Of a stretch of 64,000 nucleotides of DNA, positions 10,980 through 24,235 are shown piece by piece. Location: assembly GCA_964187785.1 (NCBI GenBank), contig OZ076409.1:81160001-81224000 (forward strand), written 5' to 3'. Made by a program: the position numbers and the translations under genes. The notes under the pieces were generated by a model that saw only the letters and a list, made by a program, of their open reading frames with translations, ran no database searches and had not been told where the DNA came from. How positions within the stretch are numbered: the stretch's first letter is position 1; each line of letters starts with the position of its first letter. This DNA is from Amphiscolops sp. MND2022 (taxonomy: Eukaryota).

Positions 10980-11938
10980 CCCCAGTCGAACTCCCATACA
11001 TTTCTTGCAAGAATCTGTCAGATTTCACTTCCAAGATCTTGGAAGACAATGCATTATTCTTGCAGGTATCTTGGAAGATCTTGGAAGATAATGTCTGGTC
11101 TTGCAAGATCTTGCAAGAAAATGTCTGGTCTTGCAAGATCTTGCAAGAAAATATCTGATCTTGGAAGTAACTTGGAAGAAAATGCCTGATCTTGGAAGTA
11201 ACTTGGAAGAAAATGTCTGATCTTGGAAGTATCTTGGAAGAAAATGCCTGATTTTGGAAGTATCTTGGAAGAAAATGCCTGATCTTGGAAGTAACTTGGA
11301 AGAAAATGCCTGAACCTTGAGAGGAGTAACTTGGAAGAAAATGCTTGAATCTTGAAAGTAAATTGAAAAAAGAGTCTGAAAATTTCCAAATGAAAGTTTT
11401 TTACAGCATCAGCAAAACAAATATAGATGAAGATAAAATTGTACACGTATTCAAAGATTAAGAGTTCGTTCGACATATGTGATTCAAGTTTGTTGTTGCT
11501 GTCAAGTGGACCGAATGTCCAAACTTCGACGAATCACTTGGTTCTTGGTTCAAAATTCTTGCTAGGTTTAAAATTTTTGGTCACATTTAAGTCCGCGCGA
11601 CTACATATACGAGACATTTACATTCAATTTGAACATATTCCTGGTATAAAATTGGAAAAAAGCCTTGTTGTTTCCCGTACATTCCAGACATTTTCTTGCA
11701 GAATATCTTTCAAGTTTCAGACATTGTCTTGCAAGATCCGTCCAAGAATCTTGCAAGAAATGTCTTGACCTGCAAGAATCTTGCAAGAAACGTCTCAATC
11801 TGCAAGAAATGTCTGATCTGCAAGAATCTGACAGGTTTGTCTGAAATCCAAGATTCTTGCAAGATTCTTGCAGATAGTGTCTGAAATATACCACTTCTGC
11901 AAGATTCTTGCAAGAAATGTATGGGAGTTCGACTAGGG
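10980..11938. mobile_element. MITE with ~37-bp TIRs CCC(C/T)AGTCGAACTCCCATACATTTCTTGCAAGAATCT and subterminal ~31-bp repeats (CMC/EnSpm-like)
   Basis: TIR pair at 10980-11016 and 11902-11938; flanked by AA/AA; internal TCTTG(C/G)AAG arrays. Confidence 0.8.
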
Positions 11939-13514
11939 AATTGAAACCACAATATTAAAACTGATTTTTAAAAAAATAATCCGATTAGTTTTCGTTATAA
12001 CAATCCAACAAATACCATCTAATAGTGAGGTTCACAAACAGCAACTTATACTTTCAATCGCCATACTTTACAACAAACTTGTACAAGAATCTGAATACTT
12101 TAGCTTCGCGAGCAGCAAATTAATTCTAACCGCTTCTTCATTCTGCGAGTCATTATCAGATTCTAACGAGAAGTGCGAATATAATTCTGAACAAGTGTTT
12201 TGCCTCCTCGAGGCCCAACTTCCTCCTTGCTCTCTAAAATGTTGGTTGTTCAAGTAGATTCCAATTCTTGAAGTACATTTGTTCATCGCACATGTTTTTT
12301 GTGATCCCAACCTCACAGTCTGTCTCACTTGACATTTACAACACTGGGAGTCAGAATCTTCAAATCGCATGAGGTTTTTTTCATGTTTAGTTTACATATA
12401 GCACAACAACCGTTTCCATTGACATACGGCCTTTGAAGTTCGGACTGTGAAAAAACTTTCTTTCCTACCCTTCGAAATGACTTCACTATCTTGTATATCA
12501 CATAGATTAATATTTTGTCTTTCAAGTTATTTCTGAAAGAAACATTACTCAAGGGCCTTTGGTCACAAGTTTTATAGGTTCTCTACATGTGATGAAACTC
12601 CTGTGTCGAAAAAACGATGATCACAGGGAGTCCTATTGCCTGACTGAGATTATCACGCAAATGAGGCTGATTTACATGTCTAAGTGTATTTCCACCTATG
12701 TTCAAGAATGACCTTGAGGGTCGCCGGTGACCCTTGAAGATTTCACGTGTCGTCTAACGTTTTTTATAACCGGTAATAGTGTCCTTTTACAGTTAATGGT
12801 TTCCGAGTTACAACATTTTCGACTGCTTTGTTTACTTCGAGTTGGTTCCATACTAACAATACAATGCTCGAGAAAAATCGATTACCTTTGCGACCCGTTT
12901 GAGATTTTACAAGGCAAGGTCAAACAATTTTTTCTTCACCGGGCCCCGTCCCGATCCCCTGCACCTCAAATAAACAATACCTTTTGTGCGTTGGTCCAAT
13001 TATTGTAACTTCTTGGTATTTTAGGGAAGCCTGTGAGGTGAAAATATTTGGCAAGTTTTGTGATTCCAAGATCGTTTGCTGCAGACCTCCATTACATTAA
13101 CGGTTCGTTTACATAGGGTTCACTCCTTTCCTACGTGCAACCAAGGGGGCCAAAAAAGCTTGCAAGCTGCTTAGTTTCTTATGGGCTATCGATTACGAAT
13201 TCAAAGTAATCTATTATGTAGATGCCGATGCCTCAGTTGGTCAACCTTTTACTGTTTCGGTACCGTGTACATGGTTGCAAAATTTCACGCATCTTGGCTT
13301 AATTGTCGTCGAGATGAACCGTTTAGGGGGTGTTTTTTAGTCGACATTTTCAAAGAAAATGCACGACTCACTGTGCTAGTTTTTTTTCATCAGCTCAACG
13401 CGATCGGTTCACTTTTTTGTTCATTTGTTCAACTCCTTCGCCAGCTAATTTTCAGACTTTCAGAAGCAGGACAGCAGCGTGGGTTCGAGTCTCGCATTAA
13501 ATCACAAGTTTCTT

Positions 13515-13890
13515 GAAGTTTCCAAAAGTAGAGGGTAGACCAAAGGGCTCCCCTTTGGGTTTTTTCGGCACTATTCGACTGTTTTCTCGAAAATTTTTGA
13601 ATTCTATCAAAGCGTACCGCCTTGAATTTTTTTGAAGTTGCCGGTTTGTAAAAAACGTTAATGAGCCTTTAAAAATTTTAATTTTTCTCAAAGGCAATCA
13701 GTTTTTTCTGAGTTTGTTTTAGTTTCCAGTGCAGAAAAAACTGTTTTCGAGTTTCGTTGGAAACCCTTTCGAGATTTTTCAACACCGTGTGACTGTGTGA
13801 TAAATGAAAAATTACACAACAGGCTGAGTTTTTCCTTGAATATTATTGAGCCTTAGATATGACGCCGACTTGGGCCGTTCCCGGCTTGCT
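13515..13890 (+). mobile_element. HINE-like element, copy C (5' truncated)
   Basis: Ends CCTTAGATATGACGCCGACTTGGGCCGTTCCCGGCTTG. Confidence 0.65.
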
Positions 13891-14516
13891 GATACTTACG
13901 ATGTTTGGGTTTCCAATTTAGTGTCTCTGAATGTTTTCGTTCAAACATGAAACAGTAGAATTTGTTTTAGGAGATCAACACATCTTTGACCAAATCGAAG
14001 ATTTACATAGCTGACCTCAATCCATGACCTATAGTCGAAAGGGTGATAATTTTTGTCTGCTAAGTAATCATCAGGTTTGCCAAATAAGCAATAACAAAAC
14101 GCGTTACGGTCGGCCCTTTCAATATGACCATTTGAATTGGCACATCTAGAAACCTGTTAAAACGATCTATCTATAGTTTGGGTTTCGTTCAAAAATAATG
14201 GGATTTATATAAATGTTTGCTAAAACGCCAAGGTTGAAAAATCCTACATTTGTTCAGGATATCATAGATGATACGCTAAGTGCTAACCCATGTAAACTGG
14301 TCATCTCCAGAGACGGTATATAATTGTTAATTAGGGTTTATCAATTTTAGGACATTTAATTTTTTAAGGGTCAATATTTTTCGAAGACATAATATTTTTT
14401 TCAGATTTAAATTCTTGAACATTGAACATAAGACATACGTATTCAAAAAACAAGGAAATTAAGCATGGTTCTGGAAAGTTTCTTTTCAAACGTTTTTTTT
14501 TTCAAACTAAATACTA

Positions 14517-14680
14517 CCCTGGTTGGAACTGCTTGAACTTTTTACATGTTTCTGTAGGTTACCAAGCTAATTTTCCATGGTTTTATAAAATTCTCAAAGA
14601 AATGTCCATGCATTAAAACTTCACTGATGCAGTTTTAATTTATCAAGCTGCCCATAAGATGCATCCTAAATTTGGCGTCA
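14517..14680 (+). mobile_element. Fragment of the CCC..GAACTGCTTGAACTTTTTACATG MITE family
   Basis: Matches the left part of 27407-27967. Confidence 0.6.
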
Positions 14681-15275
14681 TATTATAATCAATTAAGGAC
14701 TCGAATACCACAAATCAGGATGTTACTTTATCCCCTTAAATATTTTTTTTTCACAAGCGTATTTATAATTAGAAGACATAACATTTCATTGAATGGTTGA
14801 ATGGTTTCATTTAAGCCACATGTACATGTATTCTCACACTCTTTGTTTTCTATTGTCTAAGCATGACGCCCAGAGTATATTACGTAAAAACGTGAAAGTT
14901 AGTTGCCCCACCACTGAATAGCGATGGGGCAATGATGGGATTCGGTAATTACTAACAGTAGTGCTTGAGATGTTGATGAACAATTGATATGTTGATGCCC
15001 TTGTTTAAAAGTTAAGACCGTTCATATTGAAATGGTGACTTAAAGAGTCAAGTTTTATATTTATTTCCATCGGTATAAATGTAGTAGAGTCTAGAATACT
15101 GAACTTAATTGCTGAGAAAACAAATGAGTGAAAATAATTAAATTACGTAATAATAACAACCTGCCAAACTTAGCCAAAGTGGCAAATTAACATCAACTGC
15201 CATAACATCAGATTCTGCACTAATTCACAGTTGTTACAAATTTCTCTTCTTTCACCTGAGTTCGTTATCGTCAAC

Positions 15276-16896
15276 ATGGCGCTGCGAGCTACTGATGATG
15301 AAACTTCTAATTCACCGGTACCAGGCCTGAATTACTTCTGGCAAGAGGCTGAGAAAGAACCCTCTTACGAATGGGAGCAGTGGCACTGATGATGAAACTT
15401 CTAATTCACCGGTACCAGGCCTGAATTACTTCTGGCAAGAGGCTGAGAAAGAACCCTCTTACGAATGGGAGCAGTGGCAGCAATTATTCGAAGTTGCAGT
15501 ACTGGCGCGACACTCAATTGCTGTAACCGAAATCACCAGGACTGCAGATGAACAAAACCCTCGTGTTCCAGCACTGATGGGAAACCTGGAAGAAAATGCG
15601 GCTGCAAGAAAGATAGTAAGCTTACTTTACATTTCTTTTGGCAAAAATGGCAGAAAAATGATAATGGACAAATTCCCTCAAATTAACATTCTGCTTATTC
15701 AATTACCTCAATTCCTGCAACATTGTAATGAATGCTTCCAAACGCGGAGAAATAGAACCATGGATAGACATACCTTTTTGTCAAGAAAGCAGAAGCCGAA
15801 TGAATCCCTTCACCAGTTCTGGAATGCTTTAAACGGATTGGCGGCTAAATGTAATTTTGGTAATCAGACAGAAGGCTTAGTCTATGACATTTTCGTTCTC
15901 AATATGTCAAATAAACTGGTCCAAGAAAAGCTTTGCACAGAGCCAAAAGATACTCCAGCAGAGGCTCTCCAATTCGCAATTGCTTTTGAAGACGGGCTAA
16001 AAAGACAGAAGACATATGGATACATCGGACAAGAGCCCAAGATAAAAGAAGAACCAGTCTGTGCAGTCAGTGGAAGCGGCTTCAATACAAGAGAGTGTTG
16101 GAGATGTGGCGCTGGAAATTTTACGATGGAACATCTAAAATTCTGCAAAGGGCCAAATGCGATGTGTAATTACTGTGGTAGAAAAGGACATTTGGAGAAA
16201 GTTTGCAATCAAAAGAAGAAAGACAAATTTCAACAAAATGGCAAATTCAGAGCAAGTGGCAGCAGTGAGCAAACAAACCGCCGCGTACAATTAGTCGATC
16301 AAGAGGATGAAGACGATGAAAGCATAATGGTTTTAAACGTAGAAGGAGACGAAAATACGAAACCATATTACATGGAAGGATTCATCAATGGAAACAAATT
16401 CAAAACAATGATCGATTCAGGATCTCCCGTTACAATTTTTGCATTGGACGAAATAAAGCAGATCATGAAAAGGGAAACCCTCCCCGTGCGCGAGATGATT
16501 GAAGGAGAAAAGTACGTGGATTTTAATGGGAAACCATTAAATCTACTGGGATATGTGTTTTGCGAACAACAAGTGGGCAATCAGTACATTAAGAAGGCGA
16601 GAATTCTAATTGCCAAAAAGGGAACAAAGTCCATTGTCGGTCGAGAGTGGCTCTCTACGTTGAGATACAGATTCACACCAGTGAACGAAGGTGAGTTAGA
16701 AGTTAATTCAGTAGAAAAAGACGAGGAACTAAGTGTAGAAGCAAAGCAACTAAGTACCGAATTTCCAGAATTGTTCAAAAGAAACGGAAGAATAAAAAAC
16801 CACCAAGTAAGAATTAACTTGAAATCAGACGCAAAAATTTCTCAGCAGAAAGGAAGGCGAATTCCAATACAACTACAAAATGCGGTAGATGCGTAA
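15276..16896 (+). pseudogene. gag-protease (frameshifted by a 94-bp duplication; premature TAA at 16894)
   Basis: Double zinc knuckle CWRCG..H...C / CNYCGRKGH...C; protease IDSGS; MHR-like QKPNESLHQF. Confidence 0.9.
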
Positions 16897-18291
16897 ATAA
16901 AACGATTACTGAAAGACGGTCATATTGAGAAAATAAACGAAATTAAAGATGATGTGTTTATACAACCAACGGTAATCACGGTAAAGAAAGATCGTTCAGT
17001 GAAAATTGCACTAGACGCTAGAGCGCTAAACCAAGCGATTGATAAAGATAAATATCAAATGCCAAATTTAGACAATTTACTAGATATGGTAGCAGAAAAA
17101 CTTGATAACGAAAACGGAGAGGCATGGTACTCGTCCGTAGATATGACCTATGCATACGGTCTAGTTCCTTTGCACCCATTAACGGCAAAACACTGTAATT
17201 TTCAAATTATTGGAGGCGAATCCACGGGAACATACAGATTTGTAACAGGTTTTTACGCTCTGACGGTTATGCCGACAGAATTTCAAAAAGTAATGGATTT
17301 ACTATTAGCTAGATTTAGAGAAGTATTTGTTTTTATCGACGACATTTTAATGGTAACCAAGGGAACTAAGAACGAACACTTGAACAAAGTCCGGGAAATA
17401 CTAAAAGCAATGAATGAAGCTAAATTACAACTAAAGGCGGGAAAATGCAATTTTGCAAAACAAGAAATAGAGTGGCTGGGATTCAAATTGACGAGTTCAG
17501 GCATTTCGCCAATTAATACAAAGGTACAAGGAATTTCCGATAAACTCAGACCAACCAATTTGAAAGAATTGAGATCATTTTTGGGTGCGGTAAACCAATT
17601 CGATAGATTTGTTCCAGACTTAGCTACTATTTGTTTTCCGTTTAGATCAATTTTAAAAAGAGACGCAGGATGGAATTGGAATGAAGAGCACGAATCCGCG
17701 TTTAAAAAAGTAAATGAAGAAGTGAAAAAAGTTGCGGAATTAACACATTTCAAAAAGAAAAAACCACTGCGAATAATCTGCGATGCAAGTAAACAAGGGC
17801 TAGGAGCGGTTCTTCAACAAAAAGAAGATATGGGCTGGAAGCCAATTTCGTATGCATCAAGGTTTTTGACGGAACTTGAAGCGAAGTATTCAATTAACGA
17901 ATTAGAACTACTCGCAGTAGTTTGGGCAATTGAGCATTTTAAAAATTACGTCTATGGTGAAAAGTTTGGAGTAGTGTCAGATCACAAAGCCTTACAGAGT
18001 GTATTAAAAGCGAATAAAGGAAATAAAACCTTTTCAAGCAGGTTGACCAGGTGGGTAGACAGACTACTTCCATTCGACTTTTCAGTAATACACGCACCGG
18101 GTAGAACGATAGGATTAGCCGATTACCTTTCACGACACCCGTCTGAATATTGCGGATCAACAGTGAAAGCGGAAGAAATGTTTAATAGTTGGTTCACAAT
18201 AAATGTAGTAGATGAAATCGTAAATGAAAACTGGCCAAAAAAAATGAACCAATCAGATTCAAGATTGAAAGCAAAAGAAACGCAAGCGTGA
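16897..18291 (+). pseudogene. pol: reverse transcriptase and RNase H
   Basis: SSVDMTYAY, VFIDDIL, CDASKQGLGAVL, ELELLAV, SDHKAL, LADYLSR. Confidence 0.92.
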
Positions 18292-19790
18292 ACGATAGTG
18301 TGTTGACAGTTCATACGCCTACGCAGTCGAATACTATTAGCAAACAAAACGTAAAAGTGCCAACAAGCGATAAAATGGCAGAAGCAAAAGATTTGTCAAA
18401 TTCAAAAATTAGTCAAAATTACGTTCAAGCAAACTATGAGAACGATCGCAATATCCAAAAAATCATTCGACTAATCAAAGACAAAAACCCGGCAGTAATC
18501 TCTCGTTTACCTCCCCCTTGGAGGGAGAAATTCAATTCATTTAGCCTGGACTCGAAAAACTTGTTATATATGGACCAACGGCTGGTAATTCTGAAAGACA
18601 TGCGCGAAAATGTACTAAGGGCCATACATTTCGGGCACGCCGGCAGAGATGCCATGTTACGGGAGGCATCGGATGTGTGGTGGCCGAGAATCCACCGTGA
18701 GATTGTTGAAAAGGCACGAAATTGCGCTGAATGCCAGAAAGCAGGTAAGAACCTTAAATGTATAAACAGTCAAAAAGAATTTGGAAAAATACCGGAAGCA
18801 AAACCCTCAAACGATGAAATCTCAATGGATTTCGCAGGTCCTTTTCAAAATGCATATAAACAGAAGAAATATTTACTAGTATCAGTAGATAATTATTCAG
18901 GATGGCCTGATGCAATGTTTTTACCTAACCCATCGGCTGAGAAAGTTGTAGAATTTTTACTAGAGTATATAGCAACTAATGGAATCCCAAAAAGGATTAG
19001 AACAGATCCGGGGACAGTGTTCAAGGGAGAAAAATTTCAGCAATTTTGTGAAGAAAGATTTATCCAACATGTAATTTGCCCTATTCGAGATCATCGGGGT
19101 AATGGGAAAGTAGAAAGAATGATCAGAACATTGAACGAAAGACTTAGAACAAATAGAAAAATAGTAGTCGAAAAGAATACATCAGGGTTGTCAAACATAT
19201 TATTTGCGTTAAGAACAGAAAAAGGAGTAGATAACACATCGGCTTACGAAAGACATATGGGCAGAAAACTGAACACATTAAAGTCGGCTATGATCAGAAA
19301 GTGTTTTTTAGAAAAAGATCCTCAACTCCAGATCGAGCCGGAAGACTTCAGTGAGGAGGCCGATTCGACAATTCTCGTTCGAGAGAGAGTAAAGGGATTA
19401 AAACTTGAAGGAAACTTCAAAAAGATCAAAGGCCAAGTAATCAACCAAAGTGAACACACGATAACTGTGCTACCCAAAGTAGGTAAGAAAACAACCTACT
19501 CAAAGCGCGATGTAGCCAAATTGGGACAAAGTACAAACTCTGCCAAGAAGGAATCTGCCAAAAAGAAGTCGAAAATTCAAGAAAAGCCTGAAAAGCTAAT
19601 TCAACCATTTTGGCGGGAATCGACAAGCAGCTCAGAAATGGGACAAATTCCAAAATTGCCACAAAAGGAACAAACGGCATACAAAGAACAACAATCGGTA
19701 GAAGAAGAGAATGTAGTGCAAAATGAAAAAGAAAGAGAAGTGAGCCCCGAACAAACAGTACAAATAAAAGAATCAAAAAGCGAAGCATAA
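18288..19790 (+). pseudogene. pol: integrase (out of frame with RT)
   Basis: HFGH...WWP...CAEC zinc finger; MDFAGP / RTDPG / VERM DDE triad. Confidence 0.92.
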
Positions 19791-19926
19791 GAAGCATCAG
19801 AAAAAGAAAAAATGTTGGACAAACAAGAAATAAAGAATGCACCCATAAAAGGAAACGTAAAATGGGAAAAGGAGAAAAAACCAACTCGAAGCTCAACAAA
19901 AAACCACAAAAACCTAACTGGCTGGG

Positions 19927-22900
19927 CAACAACATAATGGTGACGGAAGTGGAACCAGAGTCAGGCACAGAAGAAAGTCTCCCCAGCGTGTTCGAAATAG
20001 AACCACCCGAAAACAAATAAACACGAACCCACAAACAATAAAAACAAATACTGTTCTGTTGCTAAACTAAATTTCCGAGTTTATTCAAAACCCCAGTATT
20101 ATCCACCCCAATTGAATTAACCCTACCAATAACCCGTACGTTATCTTACGTTTTTACGTTTGGTATAATTGTGTTGTAGTAACATAATTAATGATTTTAT
20201 TTGTTATTGTGTCATATTTATTAAAGTTAACCAATGAGTAACACTGTAAATTACTACTATACACTTATTGGCTAAAACAGGAACCAATCTTGACTTAAAC
20301 CAAATTTCTGTGAAGTAAATTGATATCTAGTGAAGTCATACAATCCCCATACCTAATCAATAAAAGAGGGAAGTGTAGTAGAGTCTAGAATACTGAACTT
20401 AATTGCTGAGAAAACAAATGTGTGAAAATAATTAAATTACGTAATAATAACAACCTGCCAAACTTAGCCAAAGTGGCAAATTAACATCAACTGCCATAAC
20501 ATCAGATTCTGCACTAATTCACAGTTGTTACAGATTTCTCTTCTTTCACCTGAGTTCGTTATCGTCAACAATATATTTTTCCATCGGTATCGTTTAGGCA
20601 TCCTAGATATTCAGAAAATGTGGAAACAAAAGTGCTGTGAACATAAATTTAAAACCTTTTTCCAACGCTTCTTTTCGTCGTTTCAACAAAGATGTTTTGC
20701 CTGCTTTATTTTATGTCGATTGGTTTTCACATAGTAAAAATCGGCTGTAGCTATAGTCGATAAATTTTCCGCTAAAACTATTGACAAAAAATTGGAATTA
20801 AAATATTCGTAAAAATAGACATCACTTAATATGCCATTCACGTTGTCTGGTGGCGTCTTTAGATAGTTATTTGGCTTTCAATTAAGTATGATGGCATAGT
20901 TGACCTTCGAAAAAGTTATCAGGAAATATTGATTGAGAATGATTGCCTGGATATGCTATGCAAGTTTAACTTCGTGGCAATTATCTTCCATTTGACCTTG
21001 TGGGAATATTATCGAGCAAAAATTTACATCAACTCATCTGGGATATGAAAAAATGTTCATCTAAAGTATAAACAGGAATTGTTAGTAACAGACTTTACCG
21101 ACAATACATCAGCAACATGATCCGGTCTGTAACTGATAAACGTCGATCTAATTCACATGTTGGTATAGTGAGACTTTTTGCAGCGTACATTGCATGAAAG
21201 AAATGTTCATCTAAAGTCTAAACAGGAATAACAGGAACAGTGAGACGTCTCACTATTCCGCTTATTCCTGTTTATACTTTAGATGAGCATTTTTTTCATA
21301 TCCCAGACAAATTGATGTAAATATGTGCTCCATAATAAGGTCAACAACATAATGGTGACCAAAGTGGAACCAGAGTCAGGCACAGAAGAAAGTCTCCCCA
21401 GCATGTTCGAAATAGAACCACCCAAAAACAAATAAACACGAACCCACAAACAATAAAAACAAATACTGTTCTGTTGCTAAACTAAATTTCCGAGTTTATT
21501 CAAAACCCCAGTATTATCCACCCCAATTGAATTAACCCTACCAATAACCCGTACGTTATCTTACGTTTTTACGTTTGGTATAATTGTGTTGTAGTAACAT
21601 AATTAATGATTTTATTTGTTATTGTGTCATATTTATTAAAGTTAACCATTGAGTAACACTGTAAATTACTACTATACACTTATTGGCTAAAACAGGAACC
21701 AATCACGACTTAAACCAAATTTCTGTGAAGTAAATTGATATCTAGTGAAGTCATACAATCCCCATACTTAATCAATAAAAGAGGGAAGTGTAGTAGAGTC
21801 TAGAATACTGAACTTAATTGCTGAGAAAACAAATGTGTGAAAATAATTAAATTACGTAATAATAACAACCTGCCAAACTTAGCCAAAGTGGCAAATTAAC
21901 ATCAACTGCCATAACATCAGATTCTGCACTAATTCACAGTTGTTACAGATTTCTCTTCTTTCACCTGAGTTCGTTATCGTCAACAATAAATTTTTCCATC
22001 GGTATCGTTTAGGCATCCTAGATATTCAGAAAATGTGGAAACAAAAGTGCTGTGAACATAAATTTAAAACCTTTTTCCAACGCTTCTTTTCGTCGTTTCA
22101 ACAAAGATGTTTTGCCTGCTTTATTTTATGTCGATTGGTTTTCACATAGTAAAAATCGGCTGTAGCTATAGTCGATAAATTTTCCGCTAAAACTATTGAA
22201 AAAAAATTGGAATTAAAATATTCGAAAAAATAGACATCACCTAATATGCCATTCACGTTGTCTGGTGGCGTCTTTAGATAATTATTTGGCTTTCAATTAA
22301 ATATGATGGCATAGTTGACCTTCGAAAAAGTTATCAGGAAATATTGATTGAGAATGATTGCCTGGATATGCTATGCAAGTTTAACTTCGTGGCAATTATC
22401 TTCCATTTGACCTTGTGGGAATATTATGGAGCAAAAATTTACATCAACTCATCTGGGATATGAAAAAATGTTCATCTAAAGTATAAACAGGAATTGTTAG
22501 TAACAGACTTTACCGACAATACATCAGCAACATGATCCGGTCTGTAACTGATAAACGTCGATCTAATTCACATGTTGGTATAGTGAGACTTTTTGCAGCG
22601 TACATTGCATGAAAGAAATGTTCATCTAAAGTCTAAACAGGAATAACAGGAACAGTGAGACGTCTCACTATTCCTCTTATTCCTGTTTATACTTTAGATG
22701 AGCATTTTTTTCATATCCCAGACAAATTGATGTAAATATGTGCTCCATAATAAGGTCAACAACATAATGGTGACCAAAGTGGAACCAGAGTCAGGCACAG
22801 AAGAAAGTCTCCCCAGCGTGTTCGAAATAGAACCACCCGAAAACAAATAAACACGAACCCACAAACAATAAAAACAAATACTGTTCTGTTGCTAAACTAA

Positions 22901-24175
22901 ATTTCCGAGTTTATTCAAAACCCCAGTATTATCCACCTCAATTGAATTAACCCTACCAATAACCCGTACGTTATCTTACGTTTTTACGTTTGGTATAATT
23001 GTGTTGTAGTAACATAATTAATGATTTTATTTGTTATTATGTCATATTTATTAAAGTTAACCATTGAGTAACACTGTAAATTACTACTATACACTTATTG
23101 GCTAAAACAGGAACCAATCACGACTTAAACCAAATTTCTGTGAAGTAAATTGATATCTAGTGAAGTCATACAATCCCCATACTTAATCAATAAAAGAGGG
23201 AAGTGTAGTAGAGTCTAGAATACTGAACTTAATTGCTGAGAAAACAAATGAGTGAAAATAATTAAATTACGTAATAATAACAACCTGCCAAACTTAGCCA
23301 AAGTGGCAAATTAACATCAACTGCCATAACATCCGATTCTGCACTAATTCACAGTTGTTACAGATTTCTCTTCTTTCACCTGAGTTCGTTATCGTCAACA
23401 ATAAATTTTTCCATCGGTATCGTTTAGGCATCCTAGATATTCAGAAAATGTGGAAACAAAAGTGCTGTGAACATAAATTTAAAACCTTTTTCCAACGCTT
23501 CTTTTCGTCGTTTCAACAAAGATGTTTTGCCTGCTTTATTTTATGTCGATTGGTTTTCACATAGTAAAAATCGGCTGTAGCTATAGTCGATAAATTTTCC
23601 GCTAAAACTATTGAAAAAAAATTGGAATTAAAATATTCGTAAAAATAGACATCACTTAATATGCCATTCACGTTGTCTGGTGGCGTCTTTAGATAATTAT
23701 TTGGCTTTCAATTAAATATGATGGCATAGTTGACCTTCGAAAAAGTGATCAGGAAATATTGATTGAGAATGATTGCCTGGATATGCTATGCAAGTTTAAC
23801 TGCGTGGCAATTATCTTCCATTTGACCTTGTGGGAATATTATGGAGCAAAAATTTACATCAACTCATCTGGGATATGAAAAAATGTTCATCTAAAGTATA
23901 AACAGGAATTGTTAGTAACAGACTTTACCGACAATACATCAGCAACATGATCCGGTCTGTAACTGATAAACGTCGATCTAATTCACATGTTGGTATAGTG
24001 AGACTTTTTGCAGCGTACATTGCATGAAAGAAATGTTCATCTAAAGTCTAAACAGGAATAACAGGAACAGTGAGACGTCTCACTATTCCTCTTATTCCTG
24101 TTTATACTTTAGATGAGCATTTTTTTCATATCCCAGACAAATTGATGTAAATATGTGCTCCATAATAAGGTCAAC
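19927..24175 (+). repeat. Tandem triplication of a 1415-bp unit (Gypsy 3' end + LTR + flank)
   Basis: Units start at 19927, 21342 and 22757; extra LTR copies at 21789-21985 and 23204-23400; junction microhomology CAAC. Confidence 0.95.
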
Positions 24176-24235
24176 TATGCCATCATATTTAATTGAAAGC
24201 CAAAGAGTTATCTTATGACGCCACCAGACAACGTG
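23669..24235. mobile_element. Foldback MITE with CACGTTGTCTGGTGGCGTC TIRs (CMC/EnSpm-like), TT/TT flanks
   Basis: ~70-bp TIRs plus an inner ~70-bp inverted pair; copies truncated in the right TIR occur in the two upstream tandem units. Confidence 0.8.

Larger units (their letters stand above)
10918..14248 (-). mobile_element. Diverged LTR related to the Gag-only element, interrupted by a MITE and a HINE
   Basis: 12665-13330 and 13890-14248 are colinear with 20-1138 (GCTGATTTACATG, AGAATGACCTTGAGG, CATCAGGTTTGCCAAAT, ACGCCAA...ACA); PBS remnant AGCCCACCCAGGAGC at 10898-10912 next to TGT. Confidence 0.6.
15080..20570 (+). mobile_element. Ty3/Gypsy LTR retrotransposon, Mag-like, defective
   Basis: 197-bp LTRs at 15080-15276 and 20374-20570; PBS TGGCGCTGCGAGC (tRNA-Ser type); PPT AAAAGAGGGAAG; left flank ATAAA matches ATAAA after the duplicated LTR copies; domain order gag-PR-RT-RH-IN. 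Confidence 0.95.

Noticed and set aside
11054..11952. Repetitive ORFs (QDLARPD/RHFLQ)
   Set aside because: Translations of MITE subterminal repeats
20525..23564. Three near-identical 69-aa ORFs
   Set aside because: They span the LTR/flank junction and are repeated only because of the tandem triplication; TTG start
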